DNA from: Spironucleus salmonicida
Taxonomy: Eukaryota
NCBI RefSeq assembly: GCF_000497125.1
Contig: NC_090600.1
Coordinates: forward strand, 186,001-250,000
Reading direction: 5' to 3'
Length of the DNA: 64,000 nt
Shown here: positions 11,944-23,345 of the stretch, in pieces
Layout: each line of letters opens with the position of its first letter
Position numbering within the stretch: position 1 is the first letter of the stretch
Translations under genes and position numbers: made by a program
Notes under the pieces: generated by a model
What the model was told of the DNA's origin: nothing
Seen by the model: only the letters and a program-made list of their open reading frames with translations
Databases searched by the model: none

Positions 11944-13137
11944 TCATATTTAATAACCATTGGGCTTAATTAATTTTTTTCATTATTCTATCTTTTTTAA
12001 AAGATTATCTTTTTAGAGTTATAAGATAGTAGGTGTCATATTGTCATGTAATTAGTCTAACTACAATTCAATATTCTTATTTTCAATTTCTTCCTCAAAA
12101 TACTCCATATCTTATTAAGATAATTCTTCTGCTATGGTATTAATAGTATCACCAAGTTTATGTTGTTATTATTAACTAAATGAATTATCCAGCAAGTGTC
12201 GTGAGTGCTACAAATCTTTGCTACAATGAATATTATAGCTGGTATTATCTTAAATGCATAGTCTAACAGGATCTTCAATAGACTCAAGACTACTATTAGC
12301 AACGTAGTCAAATGGTTATGGTATTATATCAATTATCAAAAGTGATTGTTTATCTTGTTAATTTTCTCGTAATGATGGAGTTTCTAATTAAGATGATGAT
12401 AATAGGTAACTATTTTATATGTCATTTATATTAAGAGTGCTAGACTACTTATTAGTAATTTATTATTATTTTGATACCTTTGGTGGATTTGTATAGCTTT
12501 TAATATCAAGCTCAGAAGTCCTTTAAAACTACCTAGATGCTCTCAAATCATCTTACTAATGTTATTAAATATAAGAAATAGAAGTAGTTTTAATTTGTTA
12601 TTCCACCTCTTTATCTATTAAATCTTTTAAAATTTATCCATATTTTTATTTCCCAGATTTTTCTAGCTATGCATAAAGGGATTTGTGCATCTATGGTATA
12701 GTTCTTTCATTGTCTCTTTAGATTTATACCATTGATGTTGTATTAGCTAATGTTTTAATTTTATTTTTAGCTAGCCATGGATTTGATGTCAGTTTTGATA
12801 ATACTAGGCGATCACTTTCAGATATATTGGTAAATCTACCTGATCTTTAACAATCTCTACTATATTATTCTTATGGACTAACCGTACTACCAAATAATCT
12901 ATATTAAGATTATAACCCGTTTAAATCTGCATGCAATGTGTTAAGTGTCTACTATTTGGTAACAGGTCGCAATTAGTTAACTCGGCTTTGAGGCTATGTT
13001 TTAACCATAAAATCTTGCTTCTTTGGAAATCTTTAATTTTCTAATATACTAACTCTATTTAATATATCATAAACATTAACTGATTTTGGCCGGTAATCAG
13101 GTCCGTTACACTTTTTTAGTAAACTATGAATCGGCAT
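11944..13137 (-). CDS. Hypothetical protein (397 aa)
   Basis: ATG 13137 (MPIHSLLKKCNGPDYRP) in frame with TGA at 11944. Confidence 0.7.
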
Positions 13138-13247
13138 AAACTTAAAAATATATACTTAGTATTATACAATTTAATTGATTATCTGTATTAAAACAATAAA
13201 AATAATTTTAAGTATATATTAATAATATAATTTCCTTTTCTAAATTT

Positions 13248-15854
13248 ATGGAGCAAATTTTAGAAGTGCGCATTAAGCATAATGTTTTAATATCATCTGA
13301 TTCTATACAGAAAATACCACTTACTACATAAAATTCGATATTTAAAATTAATACAGACCCGTACTACCCAGTTGATGTTATGTAATCTTAAAATTCAGAC
13401 CCATTCGCAATTCTTTATAATAAATAGAACAATACATTTCTTATTTATAATAGTTTAGATATGGAAAAACTACTGTTAACTTGTTAGGCTTTTACCCGCT
13501 CTTCTAAATTTGAAGCTTATGTGGCGCTAAAAGATGGAGTTTACCATGTGAAAGCGTTTAATAAAAAGCTTCAGAAAAACAAAATAATTTCGTTAGAATC
13601 TGTTTTTTCACTCTCTTTCAACTAGAAAAACTATCAACTAGCTGTATAAACTACAACAGATACATCAATTTTCGATCTAAATTCGATGAAAAAGCTATCC
13701 GCAGAGCAACCAAATCGTCATTACACCGAACTCATTTCGAATTCTATGACACCAGATAGCTAAAATCTCCCATAAATTCTATATAACTCCTATGGAAACT
13801 GCGAATTTTCATTGCCTGCAAAGATAAGAATTGCTAACTTTGCTGTTAATTTTGATGCATAAAAAGAACGTTAGCTCTTCGGTATAGATAACGATTTAAT
13901 ATATTATTCAGATGGGGATAAAATATACTTCTTTGATGGGATAACTGGCATGTGTATGGGAATGAAGGTTGGCTTTAATTCCCATGCAGTTAGAGTTTTT
14001 GGAAGCAGAATTTATGTGATGTCAGAACGTTAATTTCACATATATGAAATGCCTATATTCGTTAACTTCTAACAACTTCAATTCGCCGAATTTGTTGAAT
14101 ATTCCACTGGGATAATCTGCCTTAATGATGGTATTAGTTATGTTCTCGACTTCAAGTAGAATAAGACCTTCTGTTTTGAAAATTTAGAAGTTAATGACGT
14201 GATAATTCAAAGCGAATTTGTCTATTTAGAAAATGATATTTTATACATCTTGTAGCCGGGTGGTCTTTTAGAAGTTTAACCTATTATTAAAACAATGATG
14301 AGCCCATTATTTTAAGAAAAAACTGCGAATTTTAAGTTAAAAATCGATAAAGATTTATGCTTCGCTTTGGAGCTTGATGAAACTATGGATAATGTCCTGA
14401 AATAATTAGAAGATTTTTAGGTAGAGTTGGATGCTGGCGTTAATGTTGTGTAGTAAAAATTTGGAATAGGAGCTCGAGATTATTCAGTAGATGATGTTTT
14501 AAGTTTAGCAGTAATGAACATAAAATTATGTGATAATTTAATTAGCGATAGATTTTACGAAGAAATGGCACAGTTAAATGCTGCTTAAATATGTGTTAAA
14601 GAAGATTCATTGCAAGTTTCAGTCAGTGATATGAGGTCTATTGAAAAGAGTATAGAGTCTGTATAAGAAAACAAGGAAATTGATAGTAGTAAGACAGTTT
14701 TCGACTATAGTTTAAATAGTCCTATCTAAGCTGCTAATGATAGATCATAAATATCTATTACAGCAGAGACATTTAGAAGTTAGTATTAAATGTCAATGAC
14801 ATCCTAAAGATTACTAAGTAAAAAATCAATAGCCTAGTCTACTGCGATTATGCCTACTTTATAAAAAGAAAATCCCTAATTCAATTCTTCAAGAAAAATA
14901 GATGTAGTTGATTTCATTAAAAAAGATGTTTCTAACAAATTAGAATTACCTTAATAAGAATCCATAAATAAGTCATTAAATAGATCGATTTTAAGCTAAC
15001 CAGTTTAAAATATTTTAAATTCCGAACTAGATTAGTCTGGAAAAATTTTATTACCTAACAAAATGTAATCTATGCATTCTGCATCAGATTCTCGATTACA
15101 CGAATCAATTATGGATTATGAAACCGCAGAAATAGTTGTTGGATTATTTAAGGCAATTAACGATTCAGATCATTTTAGTTTTGTTAAAATTACTTCAGAA
15201 TTAAAGTATAATACTCGTTTATAGATAGCTGAAATTTACGAAAGCTATTACTAATTCTCAATTTAATGTGATATTATGACATATTTTACTGGAAAATTTT
15301 CGTAAATAGTTAGTCTTTATTTCTCACCTATGTATGATGCGTGGAGTTCTTTCCTTGCCACCTAAATAAACGAAAAATCATTTTAATATCTTATTTATCT
15401 AATCTAACCTCACGATAGAGCTAGTATTCAAGATTCATATATAAAAATAACTGGGTAAAGTTTAATTTAAGATATATCTAGTTCTCTATAAAAAAATAAA
15501 GAGTTTCTTATTAAATGGTTTACTTCATAATAAAGTAATACAAACTTGTAATACAATATTAATACAATTGATGGAATCGAGAATTTGCTTACGGAATTAG
15601 ATGTTGCCAACTATAAATCGTATATTTCGACAAACAAAATTACACTAACTACTTTACCAGAGTATTTATAAATTGCGCATAATATGAAAATTGACAGTTT
15701 TGGCATCTCAAGAAAATATGTAATTGATAATGTGCCAAATCTATAGGAAGCTTTAACAGTTCTTGTCAGTGAAAAATCCAAAGGATCATAAATTCGTTTT
15801 GATACTAAAGATTCTTCTATGAATAACTTATTAAACATTTTATGGAATAAGTGA
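13248..15854 (+). CDS. Multidomain protein with beta-rich (WD40-like?) N-terminus and C-terminal annexin/alpha-giardin-like domain
   Basis: 868 aa; LFKAIND...TRLQIAEIYESYY...FTGKFSQIV...MYDAWSSFL and IQDSYIKITGQSLIQDI resemble annexin repeats; ends LNILWNK. Confidence 0.75.
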
Positions 15855-15865
15855 TAAATAATTTT

Positions 15866-17164
15866 TCAGTGAAAAGCTTAGAGCTGGCTTTGTTATGTAG
15901 TTATTTCTAATCCTCCACTTTCACAATCACCTACATTTTCTGTTTTTCTAGACTGATCTTCTATGTGTTTAAGTCCATCTCTAGAAATATGTAGTGTATC
16001 AAACCATACGGCATACACGATACCCACGCCGAAGCCGAAGAAGTAGGCGGGCCTGAGTGGCCAGCCAATAACGTCAGGCGAGAGGGGGTTCCCTTTGTGG
16101 TCCGTGCACTTGAGTACGCCGATGATGAGGTAGTTATAGATGAACATTTGGAAGTAGGTATAGAAGGCCGCAGTGAAGGGGACGCAGAGGAGCAGGAAGA
16201 GCACAACCCACACGAACATGCGTACCCAGCGGTTCTTGCCGTCCGTGGTCTTGCAAAACCCGTCGTAGAAGATGGGGGCAAGGCGCGTTCCGGTGATCTG
16301 GAATGGCAGCCAGGCGAGGGCGGCGAGCGACCAGATGTGGTGACCGACAAGGTGGGGGTCGCGCTCGCCACCGTTGGAGAAGGGCCTGATGATGACGTAG
16401 TAGTCGAAGAGGGCGGACAAGAGGTAGCAGATCATGATGGGGACCTGGACGCCGGCGAAGAGCAGCCCGAACTTGGACAGGTCGTTCTTGAAGCCGCTCA
16501 GGTTGGCGCGCTTGAAGATGCCGTGGTTCATGAGGTTGACGAGGGGGATCCACTGGATGTAGCCGCCTATCTGGTTGAGGTTGGAAAGGGGCGACAGGGC
16601 GCGGCCGATCCAGATGCCCCAGACGGTCCAGGTGATGATCTCGGCGCAAACGCCAGCGGCGAAGGGGTCGACATCCTTGAAGAGGTGGTAGTTGCCGAGG
16701 ATGGTGTGGGAGGTGATGATGACGAAGGTGAGCAGCTGGTGCATGCCGATGAGCGAGCCGTAGGCAGGCTTGGTGAAGATCACGGTGCCGCTGGAGTCCT
16801 TGCGGGTGTACCATACGAAGTCGAAGATGGCGCACTGGACGAAGATTGACACGAAGGAGGCGGCCAGGAGCGCGCTGAAGTAGGCCGCGAAGACCACATA
16901 GCGGTTCTGCCTGGAGCACCACTCCTTAATCTTAGGATAGCCGCTCATGCACGGGAAGAAGAAGACCTGGTGCACGGCGACCTCGGTTGCGATGGAGGGG
17001 CCGTAGAGGAGCAGGTTCTTCTTGTTGAGGCCGAGCACGAGGTGGTAGAAGAAGATCATGGCCACGCCGAGTCCCATGCAGACTAATACATCCAACAACA
17101 TAGCTGGGATTGCTATAATAGCTCTTATCATCTTGGATTTACCTTCAGTCCACTGATAAGGCAT
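15866..17164 (-). CDS. Multi-pass membrane protein of unknown family, copy A (432 aa)
   Basis: Track ORF 15893-17164 extended through TAA(Gln) to TGA at 15866; about 10 hydrophobic segments. Confidence 0.92.
16008..17102 (-). repeat. Left arm of a 1095-bp GC-rich inverted repeat
   Basis: Reverse complement of 23417-24511; translations in the main, alternative and antisense frames match between copies in the ORF track. Confidence 0.95.
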
Positions 17165-17789
17165 TCGAGGAATAAAAAATGAATGTTTGAGACATACTAT
17201 TATTAGAAAATAAAATTAACTTACGAGTTTTTTCGTATACATAAACTTATATAATATTAATCATATACTGACGACTTAGTTATTGTGATTGAATTAATAA
17301 TTCAAATAATGAATATAATGGATTAATTTCATTCATATAGTACTTTTAGGTATGCGAGACCTGTAAAATAAACTGTAAAAATAATAATATGCAGAAATAG
17401 GATGATAAGCTGAAATGAATTTACTGATACACTTTATTTTGATAAATTATTGAAAAAATTATCAAAAGTGCAATTGTTTAATTATTTATATAGATAGTAT
17501 AACTTTTACAGTGGTTATTACTAGTTTAGATTGGTTGCAGATTATTATATTTTATGATATTATAGAAATAAGCAAATTATATTTGTATATTATTATATCC
17601 ATTTAGATAGGTTAATCTTATAATCAATAATGGGTTATCGAATATTAGTTCTATATATTAATAATTATTTTTGTTTGTTGTGTTGAAAGATTTTTATAAT
17701 TGCTATATAGTATTTATTAAAAATAAATTAACATTATTTTAACAACATTAATATATCCATATAACCAATAGTAACCTATCTTGAATTAA

Positions 17790-19283
17790 ATGCTGGAGGA
17801 ATTTAATTCTCTTAAATCAATAGCCAATAAACCATAAATTAACACATGTAATGTAACTATCTCTTCATGTATGCGTAATTAAATTCTTTAGTTTTATTAA
17901 CCTATTTAAACGAGTCAATGTAACAAAAACTTAGCATATTTTTTTAAAAAATGTTCGCGCAAAAATTATCAAGACTTGGAACTGCCGGAAATATTAGAAA
18001 ATTAATGGATTAATAATTTTGTTGAAAATTAACTTAATTTTAAGCTTGATTTTTTACCAGTGGAATTTGAGTATCTACGAGTCTATAATAGTGGAAAACA
18101 CATGTGTGTTTCTGCTTAAAGCTCAACAGGAAGAGTTTAAATTACAAAGTCTGCAGAAGATCCTCTAGATTCTGGATTTAAAGTTTACTACCATAAAGAT
18201 AGATAATAATTTAAAAAATTGGTATTCTTGTTTTTAGATTTTCATTAATCTCCCCTTTAATATAGTTATTTAATTAATTATTATGCAGAATTGAAGATCC
18301 AATTAGTTATACCAGATATATAACAAATTTTACATATATCTTTAAAACATCTTAAATAATCATTCATATCAGAATTAAAACAAAATCTATGTTTATTTGC
18401 TAGACATTACTCCAGCGATTTTTCAGTAATGTGTCATGGTGCTAGTAGTTATATAGGATGTTTACTGAAAAATTAAAAACTATTTACAGGTAAGTTAATT
18501 TTATTAAATCCTATAATTTCAGTACATATTCCTGAGAAATAAGAAAAACGAGAAGCTACTGTGTAAGCTGAAAAAAATAATGATTATCATGACTCATTTT
18601 CTATTCATACAGATTCTGGGAATAGTGTTGCATAAAATTCGTCGTTTTAATAATTATAAAACATAGATTCTTTTGGAAATAGTTATATAAGTGAGGCATA
18701 AAAACCGAAATAATTTACTATTAAAATGATGCCTATAATTAAATTACGTACAGAAACATTTATTGCAAATCTTTAATCGAATGACATAGATATGATTATT
18801 GAAGAAGAAAACGAAACGGCATAATTAGTTGAAATCATTGATGAAGTTATTTAATTAGTTTATCAAGAATAAAACGTATTACAGTTATTTGGTGAAATAA
18901 ATTATAAACCTAGAAAATCATTAGAATAATTCTAAGGTATTACAAATTTCTTTAGACCACTTTAAGCTTAAATTAAAGATTTAAAATCATCATTACCCTT
19001 GATGTTAGTTATGTGTAATGCAAGATTAGTATAAAATTATATGGAAAATATGCCCTAGAATAAAAAATTCTATAAGTAAATCATAAATTTCCTATTTATT
19101 ACTAGATAATCTGTGACAATACCATAAAATACAATTATACTAGTAGGAAGTCATAATAGATTTCTAAATAATACACTTTTACGTAAATTGTATGCTTGTG
19201 AAAATATTACAACTAGAACTATTCTAGGAGTGGGGTATGATGTTTTAATGTCGGCTTTTTAGACTGTAGCTAAATTTATTTGA
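17790..19283 (+). CDS. Alpha/beta-hydrolase-fold-like protein, probably degenerate
   Basis: 497 aa; LVFLFLDF...LVIPD...FSVMCHGASSYIG...KLILLNP...IILVGSHNRFL...GVGYDVL. Confidence 0.6.
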
Positions 19284-20041
19284 TTTTTGTATTATTTCAC
19301 TCCTACAGCTATTCTTAAATGTAGTTTAAATACTGTATTATATTCTATTTCTTGTTTCCAAAAATATTATTATCTACTATTTCTGATAAAATAGGTTTTA
19401 AATAAATTTATTATTTATTAGTGAACCATCTTTAATAAATAATTTCTCATACATATCTTACAAATGTGATCAAAGTTCTACATCTTTAATCGCTTTTATG
19501 AAAGAAATTAAATCATCATTACCATTTTCTGAATAATATTTTATTATTGGGTCAATATTGAAAGATTATAATAACTGCAACCATATTAAATCTAGAATTT
19601 ATAGCTAGTTATTCAGTCTGGTAGTCTTAAACTATGATAAACATATTGTGTATATCTATAATTGAAGTTAAAAATTAAAGAAAGTTAATCTTCTAGATTT
19701 TAAATTTATTATTGCCCTTAATGAAATCTAAACCTGTGATAAAGGCCATGAGTTTGTAGTTTTTAAATTTATAGTAAAAAATGGTAATATGTATCTGATT
19801 AAAAAGAGCTATAAAGTAATCGAATACTATAAATATTATCCAAGTCTCATAGGTAAGTAATCACCAACGACTTTTAAAATAATATAATATCATATAAAGT
19901 AGCATAAGAACAAATGCAAGACTAATAAATTACTTAAGGTTTATTAAAACGTAATTTCCTCGAGTTCAGTCGTGTTAAATATTAACTTATTATGATATAA
20001 TTTATCTAAATAGCGTAAAGTAATATCTCTTTCCTAATTAA

Positions 20042-20326
20042 ATGAGTTTTATGCAAAAGGGCCGCACACCTGGAAATTTCTATAATATGGTTGACTGGAC
20101 CTCTTGCTAAACTTAAGTTGCATATAAATCAAAATGGAACAAGGGTTTTGTTACAGATTTTGCCAGATAGCGTAGCCGCGATGAGCCAATATTTTATGTT
20201 GGAAACGAATCATGGGGCTTAATAAACTCTTGGAATTCTTGCTAATCCTCAAAAATCACTTGCTACTAGCCAGTTCGCAAACCAATAAACACGAATATCA
20301 AGAAACGACCTTCAACTGCAAAGTGA
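20042..20326 (+). CDS. Hypothetical protein (94 aa)
   Basis: Open frame MSFMQKGRTPGNFY...RPSTAK, ends AAG TGA. Confidence 0.65.
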
Positions 20327-20368
20327 CTAATATTATTTTATAGTATATACCATTAAAATTTTCAGATA

Positions 20369-20797
20369 ATGACATCTGAACTAGAACCTACTACGAATGC
20401 TCAAACTGAGCAGATCCAGCCATAATAAATTTAACAACTATAAGCTGCACCAGTAGTCTAAATTTCAGCGCCAACACAGCTTTCTGCCGACTAAATTTCC
20501 CCAAAACGAATGCGCTAGAAATTTAATTGCAATTTGCCATGTTCATCTGATTGTTGTGACTTATTCTTTGCAAATTCGCCAGCAACTGATGAAAATAATT
20601 GCTGTTTGGCGACCGGAAATTTCTTTTGCGGTTGCGGTCTAATTTGCGCTGGATTATGCGACTGCGGAAGCAGTTTTTAAAAAAGTGATTTATGCTGCGC
20701 TGGATGGGGTACATTTGTGCTTAGCTTTATAGGGTTAGGGTGGATCATTGCGATTTTATAGAGTGTGGCCATAATGTGTGAAGATGGAATTTGGTGA
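20369..20797 (+). CDS. Cys-rich membrane protein, SPEC3/Stum-like
   Basis: 142 aa: Q/P-rich N-terminus, GNFFCGCGLICAG...CCAGWGTFVLSFIGLGWIIAILQSVAI. Confidence 0.7.
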
Positions 20798-20837
20798 AAA
20801 ATGTATTATTATATAATATTATTAGTATTATGTATAA

Positions 20838-21368
20838 ATGAGTGGTTTTGACCGCCTCCCAAAATCATGTCAAAATAAAGTTATTAAATCCTATATTAGC
20901 CCTTAGACTAATCATCAACTTATTTTAGATGGTTTTCTAGATAAATTAGATAGATAGTTGATCCCACTCAATCCAAATTCACCTTTTGAGCCTCGACTGG
21001 ATTCAAAGCAAATAAATGATCCTGTTTTATCTATTAATTTAGAACTCGAGAAGAAGAGATAGGAAGCATATGATGCACGACCAAAATTTGATTTTTAAAA
21101 AAATCCTTATGGTAGGATCCGGCATAAGAAAGTTAATTACCAACCAGCAACTCCTGATAACTAAAAGCGCCTTCTACATAATGATTACGCTATCTCTGCA
21201 TAGTTGACCACTAGCTAAAATCTTCGATGTTCGCTAGAAAAAATTGGGGGTGTAAATTTGACCTAGAGCATGAAATTAAGAAAAGTCTAATGCCGATATT
21301 TGGATAGATATGAATTCAATAAAAAGATAATTCGATAAGAAGAATAAGTTGAAAAAGAAAGAATCTGA
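20838..21368 (+). CDS. Hypothetical protein (176 aa)
   Basis: Open code-6 frame MSGFDRLPKSC...EKERI. Confidence 0.7.
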
Positions 21369-21521
21369 AGATCTTTTGTAAAAATATTCTATTTTTATTT
21401 ATATTTAAAGTTATGGTTATATAAATAATTACATCTAAGTGGAAACAATAATTTGTATATATAAATTAAATGAAATAGTATTTAATAATATACTTATTTC
21501 TTTTTCCATTCCTTAAAGGAG

Positions 21522-22637
21522 ATGGCTACAGCAATTGTCTTATGCTCTGGTGGTTAAGACTCATTGTTAGTTATTAAATTATTGTAAAAAGCTGGGATTA
21601 AGATTATTGCGATTAATTTCATTTCATATTTCTTTGGAGGGCCATCTAAAAAATTAGACTTATTGGCAAAAGAATTAGATATCCCGGTTGTTTTTGTTCC
21701 ATTTCAACAGGCACAATTATAAATTACAATAGATCCTAAATTTGGTAGAGGTAAAAATTTTAATGCTTGCATTGATTGCCATGCCTTGATGATTAAATAT
21801 GCCGGTTCTTTGTTAAAATAATATAATGCTGATTTTATAGCTACTGGAGAAGTCTTAAATTAAAGACCAATGTCTTAAAATATGGCATCTTTGAAGAAGG
21901 TAGCTAATGAATCTGGATTCGGAAATTTATTAGTAAGGCCTTTATCAGGGTAACTTCTTGAAATTACAGAAGCTGAAACTTTAGGTTTTATAAAGAGAGA
22001 AGATATGCGTTCAATTTAAGGTAGATCATAAACAGGATAAACTACGTTAGCCGCAGAATTAGGGATGAGCTATATGATGTCTGGACATGGTGGTGGATGC
22101 TTATTAACTGATTAAAATTTTGGCCGTAAAATGAAAACTGTTGAGACAGATGGATTTTTAAAGGCTACTTCCTTCTTGCCTTATATTTTATAACATTCTA
22201 GATTTTTACGAATAGATAAAGGTAAATACGCGTTCGTTGGTAGAAATCATGAAGAAAATTAATTATTCACACCATTACATAAGTTTGGTACAATATTTAT
22301 AGCAGATGCAATTACTCCTGGCCCTAGAATACTTTTAGTAGAAATGAATGAAACTGAATTGATTTATACACCAGTTTAGTAGGATATTGAAGATGTTGAA
22401 TTAGAATCAGGCAAATGCTAATCTTGTAACAGCTAATAGGATTTCAATATAGAATGGCTTTCTGGTTCATACGAAGCTAGTTAATAGTTATAAATAATTG
22501 GTAAAGAAATATATTCTATATTTTCTAAACATAAAGGAACTAAAGGTGGTTAAGTTTTAATTAATGGAATTTTATCAGATTTTGAGTCGGTTACTATTGA
22601 AAGGAAGGCTGAACTTACAAATTTAATGATTTAATGA
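21522..22637 (+). CDS. Bacterial-type ThiI/MnmA-like PP-loop tRNA sulfurtransferase
   Basis: AIVLCSGGQDSLL (PP loop), PKFGRGKNFNACIDCH, ADFIATGEVLNQRPMSQ, LLVRPLS, GGGCLLTD, FVGRNHEEN. Confidence 0.88.
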
Positions 22638-22644
22638 TTTTTAA

Positions 22645-23103
22645 TCACTTAACATATTTTCTATATTATCTATAATTCAATTTTGATTGATATTAATCTG
22701 GTCCTGGTGTTAAATCTATTTAAGGCTATTAATATTTAGATTTAATAAGTATTTCTACACCTTTACTACACTTTATATTATACTAATTCGGAGCAGGGGT
22801 TAAATCTTATTTAAAATACTACCTTCTACACTTAAATACATTCACCTACTATTAATTACATTAAATAGTATTATTTAAAGGTGAATAATCTTAAGAACTA
22901 GGAGTGACAAAATTTGTGCATCTTCTAATAAGTTGTTAGCTTTTTGGTGGTAATTTAGATTATAAAGTATTAAAAGACGATCTTATATTGTATGCTCCTG
23001 GGCCAGGTGTAATAAAATTATTAGATTAAAAAGTCCGACAATGCAGAGTTGATGTATGAGAAATTCTTTTATTTAAAGGTAACATATTATTCAAAGAACT
23101 CAT
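22645..23103 (-). CDS. SHIPPO/ODF3-type PGP-repeat protein
   Basis: TPGPGAY, TPSSQDY, TPAPNQY and TPGPD repeats. Confidence 0.85.
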
Positions 23104-23345
23104 TTTTATAAATATAAAATAATAATAAAAATATAAATACATAATTTATTTATTTCATGTAAATTTTTTGCAGAACTAGTAATATTATATACTTATAGTC
23201 ATTATTTAAATATGAAAATGTTTTGTGATTTTAGATTTACAATAGACAATAAATCAAATGAAATAAATATCAGCACGTTAATTTGATTATTCTTTAATCA
23301 TTGTTATATTACTAGTATAAATTCAATAACGACATAAGTCAAATA

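Noticed and set aside
15961-16922. Long alternative-frame and antisense ORFs over copy A (and 23396-24534 over copy B)
   Set aside because: By-products of extreme GC3 bias removing stop codons; compositions are unrealistic and they are confined to the repeat
15866-17164. Contaminant or chimaeric GC-rich bacterial DNA
   Set aside because: The core is fused in frame to AT-rich, homologous termini on both copies, and the C-terminal tails contain TAR-Gln codons
19290-20030. Possible gene between the hydrolase-like gene and 20042
   Set aside because: Several partial frames on both strands; none convincing
20401-20772. Minus-strand code-6 ORF (MATLYKIAM...)
   Set aside because: Antisense shadow of the plus-strand Stum-like gene, which has a recognisable motif pattern
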